Source: an uncultured Acidimicrobiia bacterium (lineage in GTDB: Bacteria; Acidobacteriota; Terriglobia; Versatilivoradales; Versatilivoraceae). From it: a DNA stretch of 64,000 bases. The notes below the pieces were generated by a model, which saw only the letters and a program-made list of their open reading frames with translations, ran no database searches and was not told the origin of the DNA. The stretch lies in contig CAWBAT010000005.1 of the NCBI GenBank assembly GCA_963786955.1, forward strand, positions 480,001 through 544,000, written 5' to 3'. Within the stretch, counting starts at the first letter, position 1; every line of letters begins with the position of its first letter. Of the stretch, positions 40,601 through 51,165 are shown piece after piece. Position numbers and translations under genes: made by a program.

Positions 40601-41137
40601 GTAGCCGTATGGGACTATCTGGATTCAGAGGCCAAGAAAGACCGTTTCACACTCCTGCAACCCCTTCTCCTCGCCGCACGTAAGAGTTGTCACAGCCTTG
40701 GTAATTGGTACTTGCAGAAGGGTGATCATCGATATCACTTCTCTTTGACTTCATTTGAAGGAGACTGGCGCAACAATGTGAGGTTTGGGAATGAAATGAA
40801 TGCCCCATTCCCCTCCGTCTTCACTGGGCCTCAAGCAATTAAGCCAGCACTGCCTTCGGCATTGAGCTTATGCCAGGTTTCTGCACCCAACTATATCGTC
40901 AGCGAAATGAAAAAGGCCGATGACGGAAAGGGAATTATTTTCCGCGGATACGAAATTGCAGGGCACTCGAGCGAAGTTGGCCTAAGCCTCCCCTTCCAGA
41001 TTGAGCAGGCCAATGCGACCAGCTTGATTGAGGAAAACCTTCCAGAAAAAGTTGAATCTGGCGGAAATCAGTTGCGTTTCAAGACGGGCCAGCGTTCGAT
41101 TAATGCAGTACGCGCGATTGTTCAGTGGAAACCATGA
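37669..41137 (+). CDS. GH38-like hydrolase split by a +1 frameshift at 39016-39018 (pseudogene or sequence error)
   Basis: ORF1 has a signal peptide, NSHNDIAWLD and MPQIFAKSG. ORF2 continues VKYLMLGRF, DYLPP, PDHGYGG and YEVPYG. The fused protein is collinear with 33134..36616. Confidence 0.88.
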
Positions 41138-41140
41138 TTC

Positions 41141-41197
41141 TGGTCAAAGGGTCCAACGTCCAAGGTCTAAGGTCCTTAGGCTAAGGTCCAAAGTCTG
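41141..41197 (+). repeat. Heptamer tandem array (AGGTCNA class)
   Basis: About 8 units right after the stop codon; same consensus as 30641-30745. Confidence 0.8.
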
Positions 41198-41300
41198 TAG
41201 TAAATCTGCCTTGAAGGGGTGCTCTTCTTCTTGCATCTGATTCCTGATCGTTACTTTTCCCCTTTTTATTTCTCCTTCTTAATTTTTCACTCCTTTGGTG

Positions 41301-44300
41301 ATGCCAATGAATCCTACCAACAGCGCAACCCGTCGTACCTTTCTGCAGACGCTACTCACCGCCTGCACCTCTTATGCTGCCAGCAGTTCATTGTTTGCCC
41401 AGGGGCTTCCCCGTGACAGCGCCTTTCAAGTCAGACTCAGTCATCTCTATAGTCAAGAAGGTAACCAGCTCCGGCAGATTCTGCTGGCCGATGTGCCTTC
41501 TGCCGGCGTTGGATCCAGCATTGAAGCAATCATTGGTAAGCGTTCGGAGAAGTTTGATTTGGCAAAGGTCCGAAAGATAGCCGGTCAATATTACCTTCCC
41601 ATCACCCCCCTCGAACAGACGGAGAACGCTCAATTCACCTTGAAAACGGACGGCAAAGTCCTGGAGACCTCGATCCAGGTAAAACCGGTCCGGCAGTGGA
41701 AAATCTACTTGATCCACAATTCACACCAGGACCCCGGATTCCTGGATTTGCCCTCAAAACTGCGGGAGCGGTTTATCCCGTACATTGACGACGCGATGAA
41801 ATTTTGTGCAGAAACCAGCGATTGGCCGGATGACGCTCAGTTTCGTTGGAATATTGAAGTCAGCTATTTGATGGAAGATTACCGTAAGCGCCATGGTGAT
41901 GAGAAGGTTCGACAGGTGATGGATTGGGTCAAAAAAGGGCGGATGACCATTGGCGGATTGTATTGCAGCATGGATACCGATTTCATGAGTCTGGAGACCC
42001 TGCATCGCGCCGTCTATTATGCAACGAATCATCTGACTCGTGATTTTGGTATTAACCTGGAAGGAGCCATCCTCGATGACGTCAACGGCTTCACCTGGGC
42101 GCTGGTTGAAGTGATGGCAAAATCGGGTTTGAAGTATCTGGTGATGGGCTCCAATAGCGACCGTGACAATATGCAAAACGGAAACGCGCCGACCCTGTTT
42201 TACCTGGAGGGGCCCGAAGGCAGCGAGATCCTCATCTGGCGGCCCATCCAATATGTGGAAGGGTTTGATCTTTTGACCTTTGAGGATCCTTATACAGGAA
42301 GGAACGTCAAAGGGATCGACATGAAAGAAGGTGAGAGAACTATCGCGCGATACTTTGACCGGCATGAACGCAACGGCTATCCGTTTGACGTCATCGCCCT
42401 TCAGGTGGCTTCCGACTTCACCCCTCCCTTTAAGCAACTCTCGGAAGTCACTCGGGACTGGAATGCGGAATGGGCATTCCCGAAATTGCGTGTTTCGACC
42501 ATCCCTGAGTTCTTCCGCGTAGCAGAAGAGCAGTACAAAGATCGCATCCCACGCCTGCGGGGTGGTGTACCCGATGGCTGGGTTGACCTGCAACTGGGAG
42601 AAGCCAATGTCGCAGCGCTGGGACGTCGGACAGAAAATTACCTACCTGATGTTGAACGGCTTGCGACACTCGCTCAATGGACATCCAATGGTCCTGCTCG
42701 TCAAAATGAATTTTCGGCTGCTTACAACCGGTTGCTCCTCTGGGAGGAGCACACGATTGAATGGTGGGACATTCGAGCCGACATTTACGTTGACGAGGCT
42801 CAGGGTGGCGGGAAACGGCACTGGGAGGAAAAGTCCGGCCATGCCAGGGAGGCCCATGATGCGGCTGCCAAAATCGGACAGGAAACCCTTCAGACTTTGT
42901 CTCGAAATGTTCGAACTCCCTCTCCTCTTTCATTGGTAGTTTGGAATCCACTTTCCTGGAATCGCAGTGAAATTGTGCGCACGCCGGTCCCGCAATCGGC
43001 GAAACTGCCTTTCCGGCTCGTCGATGTTCAAAATGGCCGTGAAATCATTTACCAAATCGAGAAGCGAGAAGGGTCTCCCGACACTATCGTGTTCCAGGGT
43101 GAGAATATTCCGTCTCTGGGATATCGAACTTACTCGATTGAGGCCGGCAACCCCACGACAGCTGGAAGTCCCCCCACGGTTGGGGAGAAGACCATCGAAA
43201 ATCAGCATTTCGGATTGACGTTGCGTGAAAAAGACGGGACCCTGGCTAGCCTCTACGACAAAGAACTCAAGCGTGAATTCGTGGACCCCAAAGCGGAACA
43301 CGGATTCAATCAGCTCGTTTACCGCCTCCATCAACGCCTGACCGAGCGGGAATACAAACTGCTTGGGGAAATTCCCATGCAGGATGTCGTTATTACCAAA
43401 GGAGCGTCTGGCCCGGTTTACTCCAGCCTGAAGGTTTCAGGCCACGTTGAGTATATTTGTAAATTTGAGCACGAAATCATTCTCTACTCCGGCTTGAAAC
43501 GAGTCGAATTCCACAACCGGATCATGAAGAAGCCGGTCTATCCAAAAGAATCTGTCCATTATGCTTTTCCCTTTGCAGTCCCCACGCACTATCATTTCTG
43601 GGCGGACAATTTGACCCATCAGAACACTTACAAGATCGATGTCCCTGGCGCCGTCATGCAGCCGGACCTGGATCAGATTCCGGGATCCATCCGCGACAAC
43701 TACGTAGCCCGGCATTGGGTCTCGATCTCTCGGGATGATTACGGCATTCTTTGGTCCTCCATCGACGCACCCATCGTTCAACTGGGAGGAATTCACACCG
43801 ACAAGTATTTGCCCTGGCTTACGATGCAAGACGACAACTGGCTGACCCGTGGCTGGCTGTATTCTTTACTGATGTACAACCACTGGGTCGTGGATGTGCC
43901 CATCGCTCAAGGGGGAGATTATCTCTTTCGTTATGCAATGACGACACATGGGGCTAATTGGACTTATGACGACGCTCATCGATTCGGGTGGAGTTTCATG
44001 AGCCCGCTGCAAGCGTATGCGGTAGAAGGAATGCAGCCAGGAACGTGGAATGAGCCAGCTCACAGTTTCCTGGAGATTTCTCCAGGAAATGTTTACCTGG
44101 CTGGATTTAAAGCCGCTGAGGATGGTGACGGCTTAATCTTGCGTCTCTATGAAGGGGGAAACGCTTCATCAAACGCGGTAGTTCAATTCAACTTGCCAGG
44201 TCGCCGCATCGAAAGTGCACTGGCTTGCGATGCCCGCGAGCGAAGCGGTGACAAGCTGAAGTCGGACACTCGTTCAGTATGGCTGCATCTCAAACCGTTC

Positions 44301-44336
44301 GAGACGAGCACCGTGCGAGTGCGGCTTGGCGGGTAA
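41301..44336 (+). CDS. GH38-like hydrolase, Tat-exported
   Basis: TRRTFLQ, NSHQDPGFLD, LDDVNG, WEEHT, VWNPLSWNRS, IPSLGYR and FKAAEDG...LRLYE. Confidence 0.87.
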   Translation: MPMNPTNSATRRTFLQTLLTACTSYAASSSLFAQGLPRDSAFQVRLSHLYSQEGNQLRQILLADVPSAGVGSSIEAIIGKRSEKFDLAKVRKIAGQYYLPITPLEQTENAQFTLKTDGKVLETSIQVKPVRQWKIYLIHNSHQDPGFLDLPSKLRERFIPYIDDAMKFCAETSDWPDDAQFRWNIEVSYLMEDYRKRHGDEKVRQVMDWVKKGRMTIGGLYCSMDTDFMSLETLHRAVYYATNHLTRDFGINLEGAILDDVNGFTWALVEVMAKSGLKYLVMGSNSDRDNMQNGNAPTLFYLEGPEGSEILIWRPIQYVEGFDLLTFEDPYTGRNVKGIDMKEGERTIARYFDRHERNGYPFDVIALQVASDFTPPFKQLSEVTRDWNAEWAFPKLRVSTIPEFFRVAEEQYKDRIPRLRGGVPDGWVDLQLGEANVAALGRRTENYLPDVERLATLAQWTSNGPARQNEFSAAYNRLLLWEEHTIEWWDIRADIYVDEAQGGGKRHWEEKSGHAREAHDAAAKIGQETLQTLSRNVRTPSPLSLVVWNPLSWNRSEIVRTPVPQSAKLPFRLVDVQNGREIIYQIEKREGSPDTIVFQGENIPSLGYRTYSIEAGNPTTAGSPPTVGEKTIENQHFGLTLREKDGTLASLYDKELKREFVDPKAEHGFNQLVYRLHQRLTEREYKLLGEIPMQDVVITKGASGPVYSSLKVSGHVEYICKFEHEIILYSGLKRVEFHNRIMKKPVYPKESVHYAFPFAVPTHYHFWADNLTHQNTYKIDVPGAVMQPDLDQIPGSIRDNYVARHWVSISRDDYGILWSSIDAPIVQLGGIHTDKYLPWLTMQDDNWLTRGWLYSLLMYNHWVVDVPIAQGGDYLFRYAMTTHGANWTYDDAHRFGWSFMSPLQAYAVEGMQPGTWNEPAHSFLEISPGNVYLAGFKAAEDGDGLILRLYEGGNASSNAVVQFNLPGRRIESALACDARERSGDKLKSDTRSVWLHLKPFETSTVRVRLGG

Positions 44337-44633
44337 CCCGGGAGAATTGAAGGGAGTCAGCCAAGCAACCGCTTTAGAGATACTTGTCGCGAGTGTTTTG
44401 TGCACAGGTTTGTGGGGGTGATGGTGAAAACTGCCAAACGCCATTGGGCCCATTCCGAGCCGCAGAGTGATGACCGATAACTGAGGACAGCACTCTGCGA
44501 CGCCGGTTTCATTATGGATCTTCATCGGCCTCACAGGAGTCCGGCTTTCCATCCAAGAATTTTAGATGGGCTTCACGAGACCATCGTTAATTTCATGTCT
44601 CCATTTTTTTAGTTTCTACAGGGAGGAGGCATC

Positions 44634-45608
44634 ATGGTTCATTTTCATCTGGGACTGAGATCGCAGTGGACGCGGCGCGAGTCTCTTAAAGCCCTGGGAG
44701 CAACGGTAGTATCTCTGCCTCTTTTTGCAGCGCAGAGCGGAGACCTCAAGCGCATTGCCAAGCAAAACCTCAAGCTTGCTGTAATCAGCACCGTTTACAA
44801 ACAATATCCTCTTGAGACGGCGGTACGGAAGATCAAGGAGGATGGATTTTCCGGAGTGGTGAGTGATTTCATTTTTGCGGATGTGAAGTTTGATGGTTTG
44901 TCGCCAGACTGGGAGGCTGCCGGGAAGATCACCTCTTGTTTCGAGAGGAATGGCCTCAAGCTCGCAGGGATTGCAGCCTACTATAACGTCGTGGACCCGG
45001 ATACAGAACGCAGAATCAAAGGGGAAAAACGCATTCGCTCTTACCTCGAAAACTGGAAGCGGCTCGGCAGCCCCATCATTTGCACAGGCAGCGGGAGCTT
45101 CAACCGTGAATCAGAGTGGTCGGAATCACCAGAGAATGAAACGGAAGCCGCCTACCTGGAGTGTCGTTCGCGAATCCAGGACCTTGTCACGATCGCCCAA
45201 AAAACAGGGGCGGTTTTGGCTATCGAGGCTTATTGGAAAAATGTCATCAATTCCGCTGTACGGAACCAGCGGCTCTTCAACGACATCGATTCGCCGGCAT
45301 TGGGGTTAGTCATGGATCCCTGCAACTACTTTCGTAATCAGGATCTGCCAAAGATGCGGCCGATGCTGGAGGAGATCTTCCGTTTGGTAGGGAAAAAGAC
45401 AGTCTTGGCCCACGCTAAAGATCTCAAGGCGTCTCCCAATGGTCCTGATTTACCCGCGGCCGGACTCGGTGCTCTCGACTACCCACTCTTCCTAAAACTC
45501 CTGGCCAGCTTGGATAAACCACTTTATTTAGCACTGGAACATTTGGGGCCCGAAGATGTGCCGCGTGCACGGAAATATGTTTTGGAACAGTTTGAGAGGA
45601 TGGCATAG
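44634..45608 (+). CDS. Sugar phosphate isomerase/epimerase-like TIM-barrel protein with Tat-like signal
   Basis: TRRESLKALG, and metal-ligand pattern AIE...MDPCN...HAKD...G.G.LDY...LEH. RBS GGAGG. Confidence 0.85.
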   Translation: MVHFHLGLRSQWTRRESLKALGATVVSLPLFAAQSGDLKRIAKQNLKLAVISTVYKQYPLETAVRKIKEDGFSGVVSDFIFADVKFDGLSPDWEAAGKITSCFERNGLKLAGIAAYYNVVDPDTERRIKGEKRIRSYLENWKRLGSPIICTGSGSFNRESEWSESPENETEAAYLECRSRIQDLVTIAQKTGAVLAIEAYWKNVINSAVRNQRLFNDIDSPALGLVMDPCNYFRNQDLPKMRPMLEEIFRLVGKKTVLAHAKDLKASPNGPDLPAAGLGALDYPLFLKLLASLDKPLYLALEHLGPEDVPRARKYVLEQFERMA

Positions 45609-45616
45609 GCAGTTGG

Positions 45617-45679
45617 CTCCCCTTCTTGGTTAAGGAGGGGGAGGTCGTTCTGGTAGGGCTCGCACGCCGTGCGCGTCGC
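45617..45679. repeat. Composite CCTT-N-AAGGAGGGGG hairpin plus GTAGGGC REP
   Basis: Same two-part arrangement as 296-360. Confidence 0.6.
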
Positions 45680-45694
45680 TGTGAAGCGCGGGAA

Positions 45695-46498
45695 TTAACA
45701 TTCGGCACAGCTCCGGCTATCAATCGTGGTGCGTTCAGGTTTTTCTCCAGCATACACCCAGATCAGTTCCACCGTCTCGCTCCCTTCATTGACCAGTTGC
45801 CGCGGAATCCCCTCCGGCACGAAAATAGTGGCATCGTTACGGAGAGAATATCTTCTTCCAGCCACAATATACGTGGCCTGTCCCTTGACGATCGTGCTCG
45901 TCTCATCGAAAGAAACAGTATGGCAAGGTAAAGAAGAGCCCGGCACGAGCCGTGCGTATCCCCCGCAAATTCCCGCCGAACCCGGACGATTGGAAAAAAG
46001 ATTCTTGAAGACCGTCTTTGGATATAGCTCGTACTCGGCAGCATCCATAAAGCGAGTAAGAGATTCCGGGTCGTCAGACCCGGGCAACAGATTTTTTCGA
46101 TCCACCCTTGTAAATTCGTCCGGGACCAGTGTCCGGCTGATTTCTCCCGACGCGAAAGCGGTGAGCACGACAGTTTGCTCATCTTTTCCAAGGCTTGCCA
46201 CCGTGTGCGCCGTACCAGACGGCACGTGGATCGAATCGAATGGAGAAAGGTGGTAAGTTCTCCCTTCAACAGCCACCTCCAGTTGCCCTTTGATCGTTGT
46301 AATCGATTCACTGCAGGGATGAGTGTGGTAAGGAAGACGTGCGCCCGGGCTCAAGATGGCAAAGCCAGTACTGAACCCAATGGCCCCGGAATTGCCAGAC
46401 ACAAAGGGACAAACACTGATGCCTTTGATGAGCTCCACTAATGTTTCGGGAGAGATCTGAATCAGGCGTTCACTGCGGATAGGCTGCGTATGAGTCAT
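45695..46498 (-). CDS. Bicupin (two cupin domains)
   Basis: LPYHTHPCSE...HVPSGTAH and a second repeat LPCHTVSFDE...VPEGIPR. ATG at 46498 after AGGAAGGA. Confidence 0.85.
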   Translation of the reverse strand: MTHTQPIRSERLIQISPETLVELIKGISVCPFVSGNSGAIGFSTGFAILSPGARLPYHTHPCSESITTIKGQLEVAVEGRTYHLSPFDSIHVPSGTAHTVASLGKDEQTVVLTAFASGEISRTLVPDEFTRVDRKNLLPGSDDPESLTRFMDAAEYELYPKTVFKNLFSNRPGSAGICGGYARLVPGSSLPCHTVSFDETSTIVKGQATYIVAGRRYSLRNDATIFVPEGIPRQLVNEGSETVELIWVYAGEKPERTTIDSRSCAEC

Positions 46499-46519
46499 GA
46501 GTTCCTTCCTACAAAACTT

Positions 46520-46980
46520 GTAGGGGCGAAGCATAAGTCGATTCCGGTGGAACGCGTACGTGTGGGACAGCCCTCCCCCGCCGCCCGTTTACTGAGCGTG
46601 CGCGGGGGGACGGTGGTCCCACGCGCCCGCTCCACCTGGTCACACTGAGGCAACTTTGGAATTCGAGTTTATCAGAGCATTCGAAATCCAAGGGCGGATT
46701 GTACGAAATCTAGGAACAGAAGGGAATCAGAAACATGCCTCGAATGTAATAGCTCAGCGATGGGGGGGGCAAGCAGAAAGGGTGGAGCGGGCGCTCCTGC
46801 GCACGCTGAGTAAAGATGGGACAGGAAATTCGAATGAATGCCCGATGGCACCCAGGAACATTGCGGCGAGCGTTTCCTTCAACCGGATCGGCAACCTCTT
46901 CAAAGATCATCTTTAAGAATAGGGAAATCGAAGGCAAGAAGGGGGTGAAGCATCCGTCGGCCGACGAATGCTTCACCCCC
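46520..46980. repeat. Cluster of nested REP-like elements
   Basis: Half REP GTAGGGGCGAAGCAT at 46520-34, inverted GGTGGAGCGGGCGC...CACGCT(C/G)AGTAAA pair (~46588-46637 and 46781-46814), and a 40-bp near-perfect palindrome at 46941-46980. Confidence 0.75.
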
Positions 46981-46989
46981 GCGAAAACG

Positions 46990-49900
46990 TCAGAATATAA
47001 ACTTCAATCCAAACTGGATATTGCGAGGATCCTTGGCAGAAAAGATTACTCCAGTGGAGGACTGATTTGCCGCTGTATTGGGAACCCCAAACGCGGTATG
47101 GTTAAAGGCATTGAAAAACTCGGTGCGGAATTGGATGGATCTTTGCTCGTCAATCGGAAAAGTCTTGAAAATTGAAAGGGACCATTCGTTTAACCCCGGC
47201 GCAATAATCACATTCCCGCCAGAGTTTCCAAAAGGAGTGTACACCCCGCCATTGGTCGTATCCGGAACAGGAGCGGGAATGGGGAAGCAAGCCGGATCGA
47301 ACCATTGGTTAACATTTCTGGTTCCTTTAGGGAGATTTCCATTACATGTACGATTGGGGCGGCCAGCTCCTCCTGTTACGTTGACCGGAGATCCGCTTTG
47401 GATCTGGAGAATCCCTCCAAACTGCCAGTTCCCCACAATCTGCTGAGTAACACCTTTCGCATCGTTCTTATATTTCTTCCCTGCCCCGAAAGGAAGTTCA
47501 TAGAGCCAGTTGCCGACAAATCGCTGTCGGACGTCCGTCTGTGATAGGCCTCTGTCGGCATTCAAATCCTCCCTGTTTTGATGGCTCGCACCGGGTCCGA
47601 AAATGCCACTGCCCTGGGCCATGGCATGAGACCAGGTATAGTTGACCAGAAAAGACATCCCTGACGAAAAGCGCTTGGTCAGACTCGTTTGCAGACTATT
47701 ATAGGTTGCGGTGCCTCGAGACTCCTGGTAACGCCAGTCAGTGACACCAGGCATGGTGCTATAATAGGGCCGTCTCGGTTCTACAGGACCTGTTCCCAAG
47801 GTCGCCTGGTCTGGGTTCCAGAGGTCGAGAATGTGAACCCCAGTGCTCCCGACATAATCGACTTCGAAAACGATAGTGGGCGTGAGCTGTCGTTGAACTC
47901 CCAAAAACCATTGTTCGGTGTAACCCGTCGGGTTATCGCCCTCAAAGGCATTCAAGCTGCCGGTCGGCTGGTCAATCGGGACAAATGGATCTGTCGTCGG
48001 AATTCCCTGACTAAGAACTCGGTTAATTTGTTGCGGCGTGGGCGTATTCGTATAGTTCGTTCCTCCGACATAGGGTGGGTTCAAGGAAAGTTGGAATCCG
48101 GCCTGTCCTTGCCCCAATTTGAAAATCCCGAAGGAAGCGCGACCGACTGTCTTTTCGTCAAACTGGTAAGCAAGTCCTACTCGCGGCGAAAAGTTATTCC
48201 AACGGGTGGCATACATGGCCCGAGTGGAAAAGGCAGGATTGCTTCCTCCCTGATCGGGGTTGATCAGAATCCCCTGAACGGGATCAACATTGGTAATCCG
48301 ATTATAGATTTCGGTCTGTGGAGTAAAGAGGTCCCAACGCACCCCATAATTCACCGTCAACTTTGGGTTCAACTTCCAGGTATCTTGAAAGTAAACTCCC
48401 ATCTCGGTATTCCGCAAACCCGCCAGACCAGAATTCCGGATCAAGGAGCCACTGTCTGTGATCCCAAGAAGAAAGTCCGCAAAGGAATTCCCGGTATTAT
48501 TCGGGCTGTTAGGATCGGAGGTGAAGGCAGTACTAAAGGAGAAGGAACCAGCCGGAGAGCCCAAAATCTGAGTGAAGTTCCGTTGTACCCTTCTATAGTC
48601 AACACCAGCCTTAAGAGTATGCGTCCCTCGAACAAAGGTGACATTGTCCAGGATCTGATAGACGTTTTCAATTTCGACCAGCGGGAAGAAAGGCGAGTCG
48701 CCCAGTAACCCATAACCACTAATCGAAATCCCTGGGAAACCGCTGTTATTATCAGTCACATTGACGCCCGGGATACCCACGTCGGTGGCATAGTTATTCC
48801 CATAACCCAGCTGGACGGCATCCGCTCCGGAACGAATATAGGCGACCCGGAATTCATTGATGGTGGTGGGGTTGAAATTATGAATCCACTGGATGCCTAG
48901 ATTTTGAGCCGGATTGGACACAAGTCCATTCAAGAAGCCCGCACCACCCGAACCCAAGGCGCCCCCCACCGACGGCGCATATTGAGGGATGTCACTGAAA
49001 GCGCCGGGGAGAACCGTGTGCGAGCTGCCGTAGCTGTACCTCCCCGAGATCTTATCCTTCTCACTGAAAATATGATCAATTTTCACATCGAACGAGTTCT
49101 GATCATTCTGGCGGGATGCACCGCTGTAATAACAGCCTTCTCCATTGACCAAAGTCGTTGAACAAGCGCCGTTCGGGAGTGGAACGTACTTAAGAACATT
49201 AACGGCCGCCGAATCGAAGCGGGATGGGCTAATCGTCTGATTGGGGAATGGAGCGCGGACATACCGATCTCCCACCTGCTGGAATGTCGCCGGATCAAAA
49301 ATAGGCCGGGCCGTTCCTTGAAAGTTTCCGCTCCGGAGGGCCTCCGTGGGGACTGTGGTCACGAAACTGTTTCCCTTCCTTTGTCTAAATCCCTGATAAT
49401 CGAAAAACCAAAATGTTTTGTTCTTAATGATGGGTCCCCCTACGGCGCCGCCAAACTGGTTTTGGACGAAGTTTGGCTTCTTGGAAGTCCTGTCGAAGAA
49501 ATTCCGGGCATCCAAAGCAGAATTGCGGAGGAATTCAAAGACCTGCCCGTGAATGGCATTTGTCCCAGACTTGAGGGTCACATTGACAACCCCGCCCCCT
49601 CGCCCGATTTCCGGGTTGAAGTTGCTGGTCTCAACCGTAAATTCCTGGATCGCTTCGAGTGGAGGCAGAATCGCGATCAGCCCCTGGTTGATCTGGTTGT
49701 TATAAACACCGTCCAGAATGTAAGTGTTCGTCGCCTGCATCTGTCCATTGACGGACAGCCCCTGCTTGGCACGCGCGTTATCAGGAATGTCCACGTTGTT
49801 TGCGTTAATGGATGAAATCCCATTGGTCACCCCCGCGGTCAGAGGCGCCAATTGAAACACCGTCCGACCATTCAGTGGAAGCTCCGAAACGGCTCTACGA

Positions 49901-50379
49901 GAAATCACGTTTTCTACCGTTGACGACTCCGTCTGAAGCAAGGGGGTCGCTCCCGTAACTTCCACGGTTTCAGACAATTCTCCGACTTGTAGGACCAAGT
50001 CAACCGCTACACGGGCGTTCACTTGAAGATTGAATCCCTTGCGCTGTAATGTTTTAAAACCCTTGAGAGAGGCCGTAATGGTATAGTCGCCAGGGATTAA
50101 GTTAGTCACCACAAAGTCGCCACTTTCATTTGTTTTCGTCTTGACTTCGGTTCCCCGATTCACGTTGGTCACCGTGATATCGACCCCTGCCACGATAGCC
50201 CCTGAGGCATCATGGGTCGTTCCCGCAATCGTGCCGAATTCGACCTGAGCCCAGAGAGGGGAAGAACTGACCAACATAAGAAGGAGGAGGACGCAATGGG
50301 TCGTGAGGGAAAGAAGAAACCTTTTGCTAGGATGCTTCATCAACTCAAGTATTGACGTTCGATTGAGACTGTTTTCCAC
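46990..50379 (-). CDS. TonB-dependent receptor, Oar-like (acidobacterial type)
   Basis: GTG after AAGGAGG, ELPLNGR, PPLEAIQEFTVET, KSGTNAIHG, NNFSPRVG and RNIQFGLKFIF. Confidence 0.95.
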   Translation of the reverse strand: MENSLNRTSILELMKHPSKRFLLSLTTHCVLLLLMLVSSSPLWAQVEFGTIAGTTHDASGAIVAGVDITVTNVNRGTEVKTKTNESGDFVVTNLIPGDYTITASLKGFKTLQRKGFNLQVNARVAVDLVLQVGELSETVEVTGATPLLQTESSTVENVISRRAVSELPLNGRTVFQLAPLTAGVTNGISSINANNVDIPDNARAKQGLSVNGQMQATNTYILDGVYNNQINQGLIAILPPLEAIQEFTVETSNFNPEIGRGGGVVNVTLKSGTNAIHGQVFEFLRNSALDARNFFDRTSKKPNFVQNQFGGAVGGPIIKNKTFWFFDYQGFRQRKGNSFVTTVPTEALRSGNFQGTARPIFDPATFQQVGDRYVRAPFPNQTISPSRFDSAAVNVLKYVPLPNGACSTTLVNGEGCYYSGASRQNDQNSFDVKIDHIFSEKDKISGRYSYGSSHTVLPGAFSDIPQYAPSVGGALGSGGAGFLNGLVSNPAQNLGIQWIHNFNPTTINEFRVAYIRSGADAVQLGYGNNYATDVGIPGVNVTDNNSGFPGISISGYGLLGDSPFFPLVEIENVYQILDNVTFVRGTHTLKAGVDYRRVQRNFTQILGSPAGSFSFSTAFTSDPNSPNNTGNSFADFLLGITDSGSLIRNSGLAGLRNTEMGVYFQDTWKLNPKLTVNYGVRWDLFTPQTEIYNRITNVDPVQGILINPDQGGSNPAFSTRAMYATRWNNFSPRVGLAYQFDEKTVGRASFGIFKLGQGQAGFQLSLNPPYVGGTNYTNTPTPQQINRVLSQGIPTTDPFVPIDQPTGSLNAFEGDNPTGYTEQWFLGVQRQLTPTIVFEVDYVGSTGVHILDLWNPDQATLGTGPVEPRRPYYSTMPGVTDWRYQESRGTATYNSLQTSLTKRFSSGMSFLVNYTWSHAMAQGSGIFGPGASHQNREDLNADRGLSQTDVRQRFVGNWLYELPFGAGKKYKNDAKGVTQQIVGNWQFGGILQIQSGSPVNVTGGAGRPNRTCNGNLPKGTRNVNQWFDPACFPIPAPVPDTTNGGVYTPFGNSGGNVIIAPGLNEWSLSIFKTFPIDEQRSIQFRTEFFNAFNHTAFGVPNTAANQSSTGVIFSAKDPRNIQFGLKFIF

Positions 50380-50799
50380 AATTTCCTCCTTGTATTTTCA
50401 AAAGAAGTTTAGGCCAGAAAGCAAGTTGTGCCCCCCTAATAGCTGTATGAATTACGAGTCTGAGGCTGCAGATCAGGCTGGTCAATTTGGTAAAGAAAAA
50501 ACCATCGAATCCAGTTTAATCTTCTGAGCAAATTTCAAAAGCTTGATGGCAGAGTCAAGTCAATGCGAGCAAATCCAGGCCACACTTTTTCAGCTTTACT
50601 TCTCTCCCCATATGCTGAATAAACAAAGCACCTGAAACATACCCTCAAAAAAAATTCGGGGAAACCAGTGCAAACTTATAACCTAGTTTATCGTGACATT
50701 ACTTTGATTAATGCAATCAGGGTTCCAAAAGAATTCAAAAATCACTCTTGGACGAAATGACTGATTCAAATGGCCTTTGGAATCTAATCGCGAGTGACA

Positions 50800-50812
50800 T
50801 GAACTCTGTTCA
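50800..50812. promoter_or_regulatory. TGAA-N5-TTCA box
   Basis: TGAACTCTGTTCA, perfect TGAAC-N3-GTTCA palindrome upstream of the TBDR. Confidence 0.55.
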
Positions 50813-51165
50813 GTAAATAACCGTGACGATATCCCAAATTTCATATACGAGAAATCGGATTACACCTGCTCATCAAGGGTCAACCCAGGGGTCTGCAGCG
50901 ACCGAAAACGATGCGAAAAATCAGGAGATCCACCCATTCGCATTGCGCTCACAATTCGTCCCACGATGGCTAAAAGCGGGCAGTCCTCTCTCCGGATTAA
51001 CCTTCCTGATCATTCCAGCTCTGCGCAAACGGCTCTTCCAGTAATTGCACGAACTCGACACTTTGAGATTGGCTTGCGCCATGAAACACCGGTTGAAAAA
51101 GAGCCGGCTGAAACGGCCACCGGATCTGCCAATCATCTCAAGGAACTCTCCAACGCCTCTCCCAG

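Noticed and set aside
41754-42593. 279-aa ORF on - strand
   Set aside because: Antisense shadow of a GH38-like gene.
44337-44633. Possible small gene or RNA in the spacer
   Set aside because: No RBS-backed ORF, repeat or stable structure recognised.
47689-48708. 339-aa ORF on + strand
   Set aside because: Antisense shadow of TBDR2.
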